Source: Nitrososphaeria archaeon (GTDB taxonomy: Archaea; Thermoproteota; Nitrososphaeria; Geothermarchaeales; JDFR-13). From it: a stretch of DNA of 64,000 bases. Shown here in pieces: positions 46,914-56,546 of this stretch. The notes beneath the pieces are model-generated. The model did not search any database. It was not told the DNA's origin and was given only the letters and a program-made list of their open reading frames with translations. The DNA is taken from positions 768,001 to 832,000 of the forward strand of contig JALWXN010000004.1 of NCBI GenBank assembly GCA_027078545.1, read 5' to 3'. Position 1 is the first letter of the stretch, and the number at the start of each line of letters is the position of its first letter. Position numbers and translations under genes: made by a program.

Positions 46914-49014
46914 ACCGTATAGGCCCTGGGATCCAGACAGTCCTATCCATGATATTCACATAGATAACTGTCTCCACCAATCCAGAGTCGATCCTCATAA
47001 GCCCCCTTAGAACGGCGTAGTATGGAGACCCCCTGACCTCGGTTATATAGATCTCTATCCTCGTGGAGGGGCTGGACCAGTCTAGATCGATGGGCACCTC
47101 ATAGAAATATCCATATAGATACGCCTTGGTACCGCCTATTATAAGCCTCGCAGCACCCAGCTCCTGTGAGAAGCCGTTGGCCACCAGCCCAATAGCATCA
47201 ACCCTAAGCGTGATCCTTCCGTACCAGTATGGGAGAGTAGTGGTTATCCCCAAGTCGCTATAGATGTTTAGGATGGAGGTTCCTGGGCCAGACACCCCTA
47301 TACGTAGAAGCTCCGTCACCGGGTCGTCACCAAGCCTATACTCAAATGTGTATAGTGCCAGGCCAGATATTGAGGACTGTACCGTGGCTAGCTTGAGACC
47401 GTCTAGGTAGTAATCCACGGGGATGAATGGGGCTGGAGCGCCTAGATAGTTGCTCAGAGTCTCCACGGCCAATGTCCACCTAGAGTAGGAAGTGGCGTAT
47501 GGCGAGATTATTGAGAGGTCTTCCCGCATAACGGTCTCAGTAAAGTTTAGATATGTGGCGTCGCTGAGTGACACCCTATCCACAACGCTATATGCGACCT
47601 CACCCCTAATCCCGATCTGCCCAGGCACTAGTGATGCGATTACCCTGAAGGCGAGGTCTATGAGGACATCGTCATCTACGAACCATCTATAGATGCCCAG
47701 CCTAATCTCGGCCTGGTAACTGACAAGGAACTTATTGACGTAGAAGAGTGCATCTATACCGGTCGGGACGGATGTATAGATGTCACTGAAGTTGGCATTG
47801 GTCATAGCGTTGTGACTCATCCTAATCTCCACACCCCTATAGACAGCCGATATGGTTGCGTCCCTCAGTACTAGCTGGTTAAACGTGGTTAACCAAGACT
47901 CTAGGTATAGCCCCCACCATGCGCCGGTACAGCTCAGCCCCGATACGGAGAAACTATTCACCGTGTCCCTAGAAACTATGTTGACACACCTCGCGAAGGT
48001 GGTCGTTGGGAAGGATCCATAGACATTCCTGACCTCCGCATCCATACCCACTGGTGTCGTCAATGGGGTGGGGCCGTAGGAATATAGGCTAACCACCCAG
48101 GGATTATTCGTAGAAGTGGACAGCCTCACATCCTCGACAAGCACGGTTGCATTACTCTCGAAGGCATAGACCGTGACGCCACCAGTCCTACCATCCTCAA
48201 CCACTACATTGGAAACAGTTATGCTCGGCTCATTCCTAGACACCGCGATATGTATTCCTGAGGTCGCGAACCTGGTGTATATCGCCTCCACATCCCGTAC
48301 CACTATGCTCTGCTCTACGAAGCTGTCCAACACATAGAGGCTTATCAACCCGTCTGCCCTTACATCACTGATATAGACGTCTAGGGGGTACCCCGACGAA
48401 TATAGATAGATGGTTGTCCCCGCGCCAATACTCTCCAACCCCTCGACCCGGAAGAGCCTCGCATCGGCCTGGGACATCAGGTAGATACCCGTATAGGCGT
48501 AGCCCGCCAATGGTATGTCTATCACGACATTGCTAAAGTTGTATACGTGGTCAGTCCCCCCATAGACACGTATAAAGAATGGTCCTCCAAAGATTCCTGG
48601 AGCGACAGCTGTAAACCTGAAGTTCTCAACCCTGACATCCACGTCGCCTATGAGACTAATGAAATAGTTCGTCGGGTTCCCACCAGCCATCACCGCCTCC
48701 AGATCCCTGATGACAAAGTCGAGCGTGGCCAGGCCTGAGAAGATGTATACCGAGGGCGACGGGTCATTATAGATCCAGCGATAACCATTCCCATTAATAA
48801 CTATCTGGCCACCAGTAAGGCTAAGTGTAATATCAGAGTCCTCCACAACATCCGAGACAAAGTTGATGACTGTGCATCCAGCACCCAGCGCGGCGGATAC
48901 ATCTGGATAATCCGTTGGAACGTCACAGCTGAGAGCCACACCTGGTTCGGTGATAAGCGCTGGGACAAATATAACTGAAACCATTATTAGAACGATGGGG
49001 ATGAGCCGCGTCAT
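46897..49014 (-). CDS. Secreted beta-rich (parallel beta-helix-like) protein, paralog 1
   Basis: Signal peptide; VPTDYPDV.AAL cap helix; repeated V.NV/I.DV strands; paralog of 49188-51311. Confidence 0.6.
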   Translation of the reverse strand: MTRLIPIVLIMVSVIFVPALITEPGVALSCDVPTDYPDVSAALGAGCTVINFVSDVVEDSDITLSLTGGQIVINGNGYRWIYNDPSPSVYIFSGLATLDFVIRDLEAVMAGGNPTNYFISLIGDVDVRVENFRFTAVAPGIFGGPFFIRVYGGTDHVYNFSNVVIDIPLAGYAYTGIYLMSQADARLFRVEGLESIGAGTTIYLYSSGYPLDVYISDVRADGLISLYVLDSFVEQSIVVRDVEAIYTRFATSGIHIAVSRNEPSITVSNVVVEDGRTGGVTVYAFESNATVLVEDVRLSTSTNNPWVVSLYSYGPTPLTTPVGMDAEVRNVYGSFPTTTFARCVNIVSRDTVNSFSVSGLSCTGAWWGLYLESWLTTFNQLVLRDATISAVYRGVEIRMSHNAMTNANFSDIYTSVPTGIDALFYVNKFLVSYQAEIRLGIYRWFVDDDVLIDLAFRVIASLVPGQIGIRGEVAYSVVDRVSLSDATYLNFTETVMREDLSIISPYATSYSRWTLAVETLSNYLGAPAPFIPVDYYLDGLKLATVQSSISGLALYTFEYRLGDDPVTELLRIGVSGPGTSILNIYSDLGITTTLPYWYGRITLRVDAIGLVANGFSQELGAARLIIGGTKAYLYGYFYEVPIDLDWSSPSTRIEIYITEVRGSPYYAVLRGLMRIDSGLVETVIYVNIMDRTVWIPGPIRFIGWF

Positions 49015-49187
49015 ATGACTCACCCCCACCAACTCCCCATGTAAGTTGAATCATGTATAACACGGTATATTTAATATTACCCGGATGTATAGTGGCAATG
49101 AACGTGAATAAACCCCTTATATGGCCGGGTGCATAGGCAACTCTTCATCACTTGGTTGAGTTAGGAAAAAAGGGGAGAAGGTTGTAG

Positions 49188-51311
49188 TCAGTACCAGCCC
49201 ATGAAGCGGATGGGGCCAGGTATCCACACAAGCCTATTCATGATGTTAACATAAATCGCAGTTTCAACAAGGCCGTGGGGTGTCTTCATATATCCACGGA
49301 TAACGGTATACCACGGAGATGCCGATACCGAGGTGATGATTATCTCTACCTTACTACTATATGGATAGTCGGATATGTTTACAGGATTGATGGAGTAGTA
49401 TCCATACAGCACAGCCCTCTTATGACCAAGGATTAGCGTCGCAGTACCTATCTCCTGTGAAAAACCGTTGGCTACCAGCCCTATTGACTCCACCATAAGC
49501 GTAACATCATCATACCAATATGGTATCGTCCGATCAATACCAAGATCAGTAAACAGGTTGAATATGGGTAGATCCTCAGCAGACACTCCGATCCTCAACA
49601 GCTCTGTGACTGGATCGTCACCTAGGCGGTAGAAGAACGTGTAGTAAGCTTGTCCAAAGGTATTGGTCCAGATAGATGCTAGGCTGGAGGCATCTAGGTA
49701 GTATTCAACAGGATAGAAGGGGATGGGTGCCCCTGTAAATTTACTAATTACATTGACCCTAAGCGTCCATTTAGAGTATGAAATAGCTGTTGGTGCGAAT
49801 GTTGAGAGGTGTTCCTCCATCACCGTCTCTGTAAAGTTGACATTTGTATAGTCACTTAGTGAGACCCTGTCGACCTTGCTATACCTAAACTCTCCCCTTA
49901 CTGGGAAGTCTGCAGTTGGGGAGGGGGATTGTACCTCAAAATTAAAGTCAAATCCTGGGTCGTCAGAGACTATCCACCAATCGGCATATACACTTATGTT
50001 GGCCCTATCACTACCAGATACTCTACGAACCACAAAGGACCCGTCCCATTCAGGGAATACAGATGTGTTCACTCTCTTCACGAAAATTGTTACATTTGAT
50101 GAGAAAGTCGATATGGCTGATATACCCCCTCTTCTGGCATTGATCCGGGAATCAAAAATGGATATTGTGTCGTTAGCCGAGAGGATTGACGATATATAGA
50201 CCCCATAGTCACAAGTCGTACAAGTCAAGTTATCTATATTTATTACGTTATTAGTCGATGCTATAGATATCGATACTCCTATCCCAAAGGAAAATAGGGG
50301 ATATCTAGCGTAGATGTTGGATACTGTTCCGGTCATTGATCGCAGCGTAGGATATGCGGGAGAGCTGTATGAAAATATGAATATGGCTTCCCCGAAGTTA
50401 TTGGTGGAGTCAACCCAGACATTTCTCACATCTATAGACGCTATGCAGGAGAAGCATGCTATAACTACTCCTCCCGATCTGTAACCAGTAGCCACGACGT
50501 TATATACATTGATGTTAGGCTCTCCACGGACAACATATACTTGTACAGCATGAGGGAAATAATCGGTGTAATATGCAAATACATTGTTGATATACACATT
50601 GATAGGGGAGAAACTATTGAAAACCGTTACAGAGACTCTTCCATCACTTACTACATTCTCCACATATATATTATCTACACCACCCGACGACGAAAAGAAG
50701 GAAACAGGGTTATCCACACCCTCAGATGTGATATTTACCGCGATGAAGAGCGAAACCTTAGTCTGAGCCCAAACACCCAACCCAGTCGAAATCAGGAGTG
50801 GTGTGGGGGCTGTCAGCGAGACATTTGTAAAGTTGAATACATGATCCATACCGAGGACAGCAGTTATAAATGTGAACCCAACAAAGTTGCTCATCACCGT
50901 GGAGACAAACTCCACATTGTACATAGACACATCAACATTGCCATCAATAGTGATGAACCAGGTTATTGGTGCTCCGCCCACTATCTCAATCCTAATATCT
51001 CTAAATATAACCTCGAGAAGTGATAGAGTAGATGTTATTGAAACGAGAGGATCTGGATCCGTGTGTATCCATCTATATCCATTACCATTAAATATCAGCT
51101 GACCACCAGACGCCGTAGAGAAGGTCACATCAGAATCTTCAAACACATCCGAAACAAAGTTGATTATCGTACATCCAGCAGCCAACGCAGCGTCAACATC
51201 TGGATACATTGTCGGCACATCACAGGCGACGGCCTGTACATTCGTAATCCCGGTAAGGGGAGCCACAAGGGGTAAGATGAACAACAGTAGTAGGTAGGTG
51301 AAGATCCTCAT
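49188..51311 (-). CDS. Secreted beta-rich (parallel beta-helix-like) protein, paralog 2
   Basis: Same architecture; shares CDVPT.YPDV.AAL.AGCT.INFVSDV.EDSD and C-terminal WIPGPIRF.GW[FY]. Confidence 0.6.
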   Translation of the reverse strand: MRIFTYLLLLFILPLVAPLTGITNVQAVACDVPTMYPDVDAALAAGCTIINFVSDVFEDSDVTFSTASGGQLIFNGNGYRWIHTDPDPLVSITSTLSLLEVIFRDIRIEIVGGAPITWFITIDGNVDVSMYNVEFVSTVMSNFVGFTFITAVLGMDHVFNFTNVSLTAPTPLLISTGLGVWAQTKVSLFIAVNITSEGVDNPVSFFSSSGGVDNIYVENVVSDGRVSVTVFNSFSPINVYINNVFAYYTDYFPHAVQVYVVRGEPNINVYNVVATGYRSGGVVIACFSCIASIDVRNVWVDSTNNFGEAIFIFSYSSPAYPTLRSMTGTVSNIYARYPLFSFGIGVSISIASTNNVINIDNLTCTTCDYGVYISSILSANDTISIFDSRINARRGGISAISTFSSNVTIFVKRVNTSVFPEWDGSFVVRRVSGSDRANISVYADWWIVSDDPGFDFNFEVQSPSPTADFPVRGEFRYSKVDRVSLSDYTNVNFTETVMEEHLSTFAPTAISYSKWTLRVNVISKFTGAPIPFYPVEYYLDASSLASIWTNTFGQAYYTFFYRLGDDPVTELLRIGVSAEDLPIFNLFTDLGIDRTIPYWYDDVTLMVESIGLVANGFSQEIGTATLILGHKRAVLYGYYSINPVNISDYPYSSKVEIIITSVSASPWYTVIRGYMKTPHGLVETAIYVNIMNRLVWIPGPIRFMGWY

Positions 51312-51437
51312 GGCCACCCCCCAAAGCGGGTATAAAAAAGATAGTATTTATGTTGTACTTATAAATGTATAGTTCTCAAGTAGAAGGCTTCCGAGAATTT
51401 TACATTTGTTGAGCATCCAGGGATGAGTGTTAAATTG

Positions 51438-52295
51438 CTAGGCTCCTCCTTTACCTATGAGCTGTATCCTGAGTAGGTATTTCTGGGCGAATAGGAAGAA
51501 GAGTATGACTGGTATCATGTAGATTATGGCTACCGCGGCGGTTATGCCTGGGTTGGTGTAGCTATACTCGCCCGTGGTGAAGGCGTAGACCAGCATGGAG
51601 AATGTCCAGAACCTCTGCTCAGCTATGAATGTTAGTGCATATATGAACTCTGCCCATCCGCTTAGGAAGCCGAATATCAGTACTGCCATCAAGCCATTCC
51701 TGACATTGGGCATGACCACCCTCCACCACGCGCCGAGCCTTGTACAGCCATCAACCAATGCCGACATCTCCATGTCCCAGGAGATACCGTCGAAGAAGCC
51801 CTTCATGATCCATATGCCCAGTGGGAGGTCTAGCGCAACCTTCACGAGTACTACTCCTATCAAAGAGTTGTATAGCCCAAGGTAGTTTAGGACGAAGAAG
51901 AGTGCTATCAATAGGGTTATTCCGGGGAAGGCGTGTAGGATAAGTATCATCGTCAGGATTGCAGAGCGGCCTCTAAACTTGAATCTTGATAGGCTATAGC
52001 CGGCTAGGCTAGATATTACAACCTCCAACCCGGCCACCAGCACGGCTAGAACAAATGTGTTGAGAGCTACGAGGTATAGGTTTGGATATTCATACTGTGC
52101 TCCGGGAATTGGTATCCTACCATCCAACACTTCTAACCAGTGGTCCAGCGTGAGGCCTGTGGGGAATATACCATCCATATCCTCCGCTATGCTTATCAGG
52201 CCTAGGTAGAAGTAGAGGATGATGACTGGAACCACGAGTAGAGCCGTCACTATGTAGATCCATATACGGTCTAACAACTCTCTTATCCCTGCCAT
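51438..52295 (-). CDS. Carbohydrate ABC transporter permease (MalG-like)
   Basis: AGYSLSR..F.G and KGFFD.I....E.SA.VDG (EAA loop) motifs. Confidence 0.9.
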   Translation of the reverse strand: MAGIRELLDRIWIYIVTALLVVPVIILYFYLGLISIAEDMDGIFPTGLTLDHWLEVLDGRIPIPGAQYEYPNLYLVALNTFVLAVLVAGLEVVISSLAGYSLSRFKFRGRSAILTMILILHAFPGITLLIALFFVLNYLGLYNSLIGVVLVKVALDLPLGIWIMKGFFDGISWDMEMSALVDGCTRLGAWWRVVMPNVRNGLMAVLIFGFLSGWAEFIYALTFIAEQRFWTFSMLVYAFTTGEYSYTNPGITAAVAIIYMIPVILFFLFAQKYLLRIQLIGKGGA

Positions 52296-52299
52296 GGTT

Positions 52300-53340
52300 C
52301 TACACCTCTATCTTGGGCTCAACCATCATCTCCTTGAACTTGAAGACTCTCCAGTAGATCAGCGACATTATTACGCCTATGATTACGAGGATCGTTGCAA
52401 GGGCAGCGCCATAACCGATCTCGACCGTTCCACCGTAGGATCTAAATGCCTTATGGTAACTATAGAGACTCCAAACCTCTGTCGTATATAGCCCGGGTCC
52501 ACCATCAGTCAGAATAAGTATGTATTCAAAGCTTGTTAGTAGGCTGAGAGTCTGGTAGGCTGTAACGAATAGGAGTGGCCACTTAATCATTGGAAGTTCT
52601 ACATATCTTATGATATCCCACGTCGATGCCCCGTCAACCTTAGCAGCGCGATAGTAATCCTCAGGGATACTCTTAAGTGCGGCTGTGAAGACTATCATGC
52701 CGAAGCTTGTACCTACGAAGCCGTTTACCAATATGACTATAACCCAGGGATCATCAAGTATCCATGTCCGTGTGGGGATCACCATGGATAGGCCGGTAAC
52801 TGTCAGGAACCAATTTATAAGGGCGTTTTCCTCACCCCTAGCCGCCCATAGCCATAACAGGGCATAGACGGTGGAGGGAGTTATACGTGGAAGTAGCCAT
52901 ATCCCTCTTACCGCAGAGCCTATATGGTCAGGGATATGGTTGGTTATTAGACTGACAACTAGTGCCATCCCGACATTGAAGAGTGTAAGTGTGGTGAAGA
53001 CATAGAATAGTGTGTTACCCATTATCTTGGGTGCGAAGCTGTCGTTGAGGATCCTTATATAGTTGGCTAGGCCGACCCACTCCCATTTAAAGGTGAAGTC
53101 CATAGCCGTCATACCGATTAGGAAGGTGAGTATGAATGGGACGAGGTAGAAGAGGGTTATGAAGCCTAGGCTCGGGACGAGGAAGACATAGATGGCGAGT
53201 TTGTATCCAAGCTTCGATATGAACCGTCTAATCGGATCAATTATATACTTGGCTAGGGATATGAACCCCCTTCTCAGGAGGCCGAAGACCTTCAATATAT
53301 CCTCAGCCGTAATCTCCTTCTGCCATATACTATCCGACAT
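52300..53340 (-). CDS. Carbohydrate ABC transporter permease (MalF-like)
   Basis: VGLANY, AALKSIP...Y.AA.VDGA and LTDGGPG motifs. Confidence 0.9.
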   Translation of the reverse strand: MSDSIWQKEITAEDILKVFGLLRRGFISLAKYIIDPIRRFISKLGYKLAIYVFLVPSLGFITLFYLVPFILTFLIGMTAMDFTFKWEWVGLANYIRILNDSFAPKIMGNTLFYVFTTLTLFNVGMALVVSLITNHIPDHIGSAVRGIWLLPRITPSTVYALLWLWAARGEENALINWFLTVTGLSMVIPTRTWILDDPWVIVILVNGFVGTSFGMIVFTAALKSIPEDYYRAAKVDGASTWDIIRYVELPMIKWPLLFVTAYQTLSLLTSFEYILILTDGGPGLYTTEVWSLYSYHKAFRSYGGTVEIGYGAALATILVIIGVIMSLIYWRVFKFKEMMVEPKIEV

Positions 53341-53389
53341 CTAGGGGTCACCCCACAACCAGATGTAAAAAATGTGGGGGGTGGAGGGT

Positions 53390-54901
53390 CTACTCTACAA
53401 ATTCGACTGAGTCTGGGATCTGGCTCTGAAGCTCGTTGACCATGAAGTCCAAAGCCTCCTGAGGCGTCATGTCACCGGTCTCCACAGCTCTGAGGGCGTC
53501 GAACACAACCCTGCTATACTTACCCCAGTCTGGATGGTTCGGTATGAAGGTGGTGTACTCCAGCATGTAGGCCACATCAGCCAGGAACCAGTCCTCGGAA
53601 TACTTTGTCTCGCTTATCTGGCTCCTCGCGATGGCTAGGTGTGCACTCTGGACCGCGTGGATACTGTTGAATGTCGGTAGGCTTACCAGGGTGATCATTA
53701 TGAAGGCCAGCTTATCAAGACCCCTATCCCTAGCCTGTGTGGTGATTGTGTAGACCAGTGGGTGGCTCAGCGTGACTGGCTTCCCACCAGGCTTAGCCGC
53801 TGGGTGTAGGGCGTAGCCCACAACCTCTATGAACTCCTCCTCAGTCAATAGGCCCTTGTTTATCCACTCACCCTTGTGCCAAGTACCTCCTGATAGGAAT
53901 AGTGCCCTACCCTCTGTGAATGGTCCGTGGAAGTCGGCGTCCCAGTCACCGCTGAACTGGTTGGGGCTTATCACTCCATACTCCCAGACAGCCCTGTAGA
54001 ACCAGTCTAGCGTGAGGCCCCAAGCAGTCGTGTTGAAGACCATCTTACCTGTCTGTGGGTTGTATAGCTGGCCGCCATATGCTAGGTAGAACTGTAGATA
54101 GTCATAACCCTCCTTCACCCTGTGTACCAGTCCACGCTCGACGAGGCCTGCGTCAACAGCCTCCTTAGCGACCTGTAGGAGATCCTCCAGAGTAAACTCG
54201 CCGTTCTTAATCTTCTCTGGGAGGGCGTTGATCTCCTCCTCCGACCAGCCTAGCTGCCTCAGGACATCCTTCCTGAAGTATAGTGGCCTAGCCTCAGTGT
54301 CCTGTGGGACGCCCCACTTCTGCCCTGCATACTCAACGGACTTCCAGAGTGTCGGGAAGAAGTCGTAGTAGATCAGGTCCCAGTACTCCTCGATATAGTC
54401 GTCGAGCGGTATGATGAAGTCATTGGCGGCTAGGTAGCCGATGTCCTCATGTCCAGTCAGATATACGTCTGGAGCCTCACCAGCGGCGAAGGCCTGGTAG
54501 AAGTTCTGCCTATACTGCTCCCACTCCACAGGCCTAGCGAAGAACTGACCCTCAATCTCCACAGTCACGTTGGCGCCGAGATCCTTGAGCATCATGTTGA
54601 GTATATCCGCTGCCAGCTCGAAGTTCTTGTACCTGTACTCTGAGGGTGGGTCTGGTCCGATCGCCCAGACCTTAAGCGTTATCGTTGAGCCCTGCTTGAG
54701 CTGCTCCAGCTGATCCTTGATCTCGTTGAGCTCGTTCCTCAGCTGTTCGATGAGCTGATCCTTCTCGTTGAGCTGATCCAGCAGTGTAGGATCTCCCTTG
54801 GGAGCGGCGAAATAGCCTATCGCAGCACCTACCAACAGCCCTATTATCAGGAATACCAATGCCTGAACCGTTACCTGACCCTTCCTCCTCATAATAACCA
54901 C
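53390..54901 (-). CDS. Carbohydrate ABC transporter substrate-binding protein with class III signal peptide and coiled-coil stalk
   Basis: RRKG|Q + hydrophobic helix; APDV, G...GVPQD.E.RPLY.RKD motifs. Confidence 0.88.
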   Translation of the reverse strand: MVIMRRKGQVTVQALVFLIIGLLVGAAIGYFAAPKGDPTLLDQLNEKDQLIEQLRNELNEIKDQLEQLKQGSTITLKVWAIGPDPPSEYRYKNFELAADILNMMLKDLGANVTVEIEGQFFARPVEWEQYRQNFYQAFAAGEAPDVYLTGHEDIGYLAANDFIIPLDDYIEEYWDLIYYDFFPTLWKSVEYAGQKWGVPQDTEARPLYFRKDVLRQLGWSEEEINALPEKIKNGEFTLEDLLQVAKEAVDAGLVERGLVHRVKEGYDYLQFYLAYGGQLYNPQTGKMVFNTTAWGLTLDWFYRAVWEYGVISPNQFSGDWDADFHGPFTEGRALFLSGGTWHKGEWINKGLLTEEEFIEVVGYALHPAAKPGGKPVTLSHPLVYTITTQARDRGLDKLAFIMITLVSLPTFNSIHAVQSAHLAIARSQISETKYSEDWFLADVAYMLEYTTFIPNHPDWGKYSRVVFDALRAVETGDMTPQEALDFMVNELQSQIPDSVEFVE

Positions 54902-55038
54902 TCACCTCCGTAGGGGAAATCCCTAAAAGGGTGGTTTCAGAATGGGGGGTATTGATAGAAAATCCTTTAATTAGACGTATTATACAATACTGAGACCACC
55001 TATTTAAATTGTTCACCCAGACCCCAAGCTCTCTATGC

Positions 55039-55557
55039 CTATCCCCCTACATCACTATCCATAAGCGTGTCTAGGTTGATCCTCTCCATCATCTTGTCTA
55101 TATAGACCTCGTAGTCGGCAGCCCTATACTTCTCCCCAAACTCCGATATCAGTTTGAAGAGCTCCTTTGCAGAGGGGAAGACATAGGGGTTGTAGACCTC
55201 TATCCTGGTCACCCCACTCCTCTTCTCAACCACATGCCCCTCCGCCGAGACTGGTAGGTCTAGGAGCGTCTCCGCACTCTGGCTGGGCAATACCTTGCCG
55301 GAGAATGTATATGTCCTCCTTGTGCCATCCTTATAGTCCACGACTATGATTGCGAATACTGAGCCACTCTCGAGGAACATGTTTAGGAGGAGCTCCCTAT
55401 ACTTCCTACCCGCCCTGGGCTCCGGTATCCTCCCAAGCCTACTGATGTTCTGCGTATTTGATAGGTCCTCCTCCAGCCTCTTGATCAGGTCAACCACGTT
55501 TCCAGGCCTGTATATGGTCTCCACAGGCGCCACCAAAGGATTATTACCCCTAGCCAC
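55039..55557 (-). CDS. Hypothetical protein
   Basis: 172-aa ORF with host-like codon usage; no recognised motif. Confidence 0.55.
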   Translation of the reverse strand: MARGNNPLVAPVETIYRPGNVVDLIKRLEEDLSNTQNISRLGRIPEPRAGRKYRELLLNMFLESGSVFAIIVVDYKDGTRRTYTFSGKVLPSQSAETLLDLPVSAEGHVVEKRSGVTRIEVYNPYVFPSAKELFKLISEFGEKYRAADYEVYIDKMMERINLDTLMDSDVGG

Positions 55558-55611
55558 GTGATAAAACGGTCTCCATCCTTAATTATACAGCCTTGGAGAA
55601 TAACTCTATTT

Positions 55612-55672
55612 GCCGATGAATGGGTCTGCATCGGCTGACCCTGAGGATGATGACCGGTATGCTTTATGAGGC
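55612..55672 (+). ncRNA. Candidate C/D box sRNA
   Basis: ccGATGA - guide - CTGA - ATGATGA - 12-nt guide - ATGA arrangement, with a TATA-like element about 25 nt upstream. Confidence 0.35.
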
Positions 55673-55679
55673 GTCCGAG

Positions 55680-56546
55680 ATGTCGTATGGGATCGAGATA
55701 CTTGACGCTACCCCCGACTGGCTCGACATCCCCTTCATATCGATATATCTCGTCTATGGAGAGGGGGATAGGGATCTCCTGGTAGACGTGGGGCCAAGGT
55801 CCTCGTCCACCAAGGTTTTAAAGCTACTCTCTGGGAGGGGTTATGTGTCGCTCGACTACTACATAACCCATATCCATCTCGACCATGTAGGGGCGCTTGG
55901 CGAGGTCCATAGAACCCTTGAGGGAAATGTCTATCTCCATCCCAGGGCGGTCAAGCATGTTGCCGATCCGGCTAGGCTATGGGAGACGGCCCTAGCCTCC
56001 CTAGGCGGCTTTGCGGAGATGTATGGGGAGCCCCTACCAGTTGCTAAGGACTTCCTAATTGGTGTCGAGGATGGGTATGTACTCGAGGAGTATGGCCTTA
56101 CCCTGATCCACACCCCTGGCCACGCCTCACACCACGTCAGCGCCTATCATGAGGAGTCGAGGGGGATCTTCGTCGGCGACTCGGCGGGGATCTATGTGGA
56201 GGAGCTTGACTATGTGATACCCACGACGATCTACCCCACAAGGCTTGACAGCTATATGGAGAGCCTGGAGAAGATGCTTAGCTATAGGCCCAGCCTACTA
56301 TACTATAGCCACTACGGGATAGCCGAGGATGGGGTGGATAAGCTTAGCAGGCTGATCAAGACGCTGGAGACGTGGATATCCATTGCTAGGGACTCTGGGA
56401 GTGAGGATGAGTATAAGGACTACCTGGTCTCGGGGGACGAGGAGTTTAGGAGTATCTATACTAGGCTTGAGGAGATACCCCTAGCTAAGACGCTGGTCGA
56501 CCTCGCCATAAAAGGCGTGTATGAATGGGTGAGGGAGAGGGGCTAG
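55680..56546 (+). CDS. MBL-fold metallo-hydrolase
   Basis: VDVGP, THIHLDH, TPGHASHH, GDSAG and SHYG motifs. Confidence 0.88.
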   Translation: MSYGIEILDATPDWLDIPFISIYLVYGEGDRDLLVDVGPRSSSTKVLKLLSGRGYVSLDYYITHIHLDHVGALGEVHRTLEGNVYLHPRAVKHVADPARLWETALASLGGFAEMYGEPLPVAKDFLIGVEDGYVLEEYGLTLIHTPGHASHHVSAYHEESRGIFVGDSAGIYVEELDYVIPTTIYPTRLDSYMESLEKMLSYRPSLLYYSHYGIAEDGVDKLSRLIKTLETWISIARDSGSEDEYKDYLVSGDEEFRSIYTRLEEIPLAKTLVDLAIKGVYEWVRERG

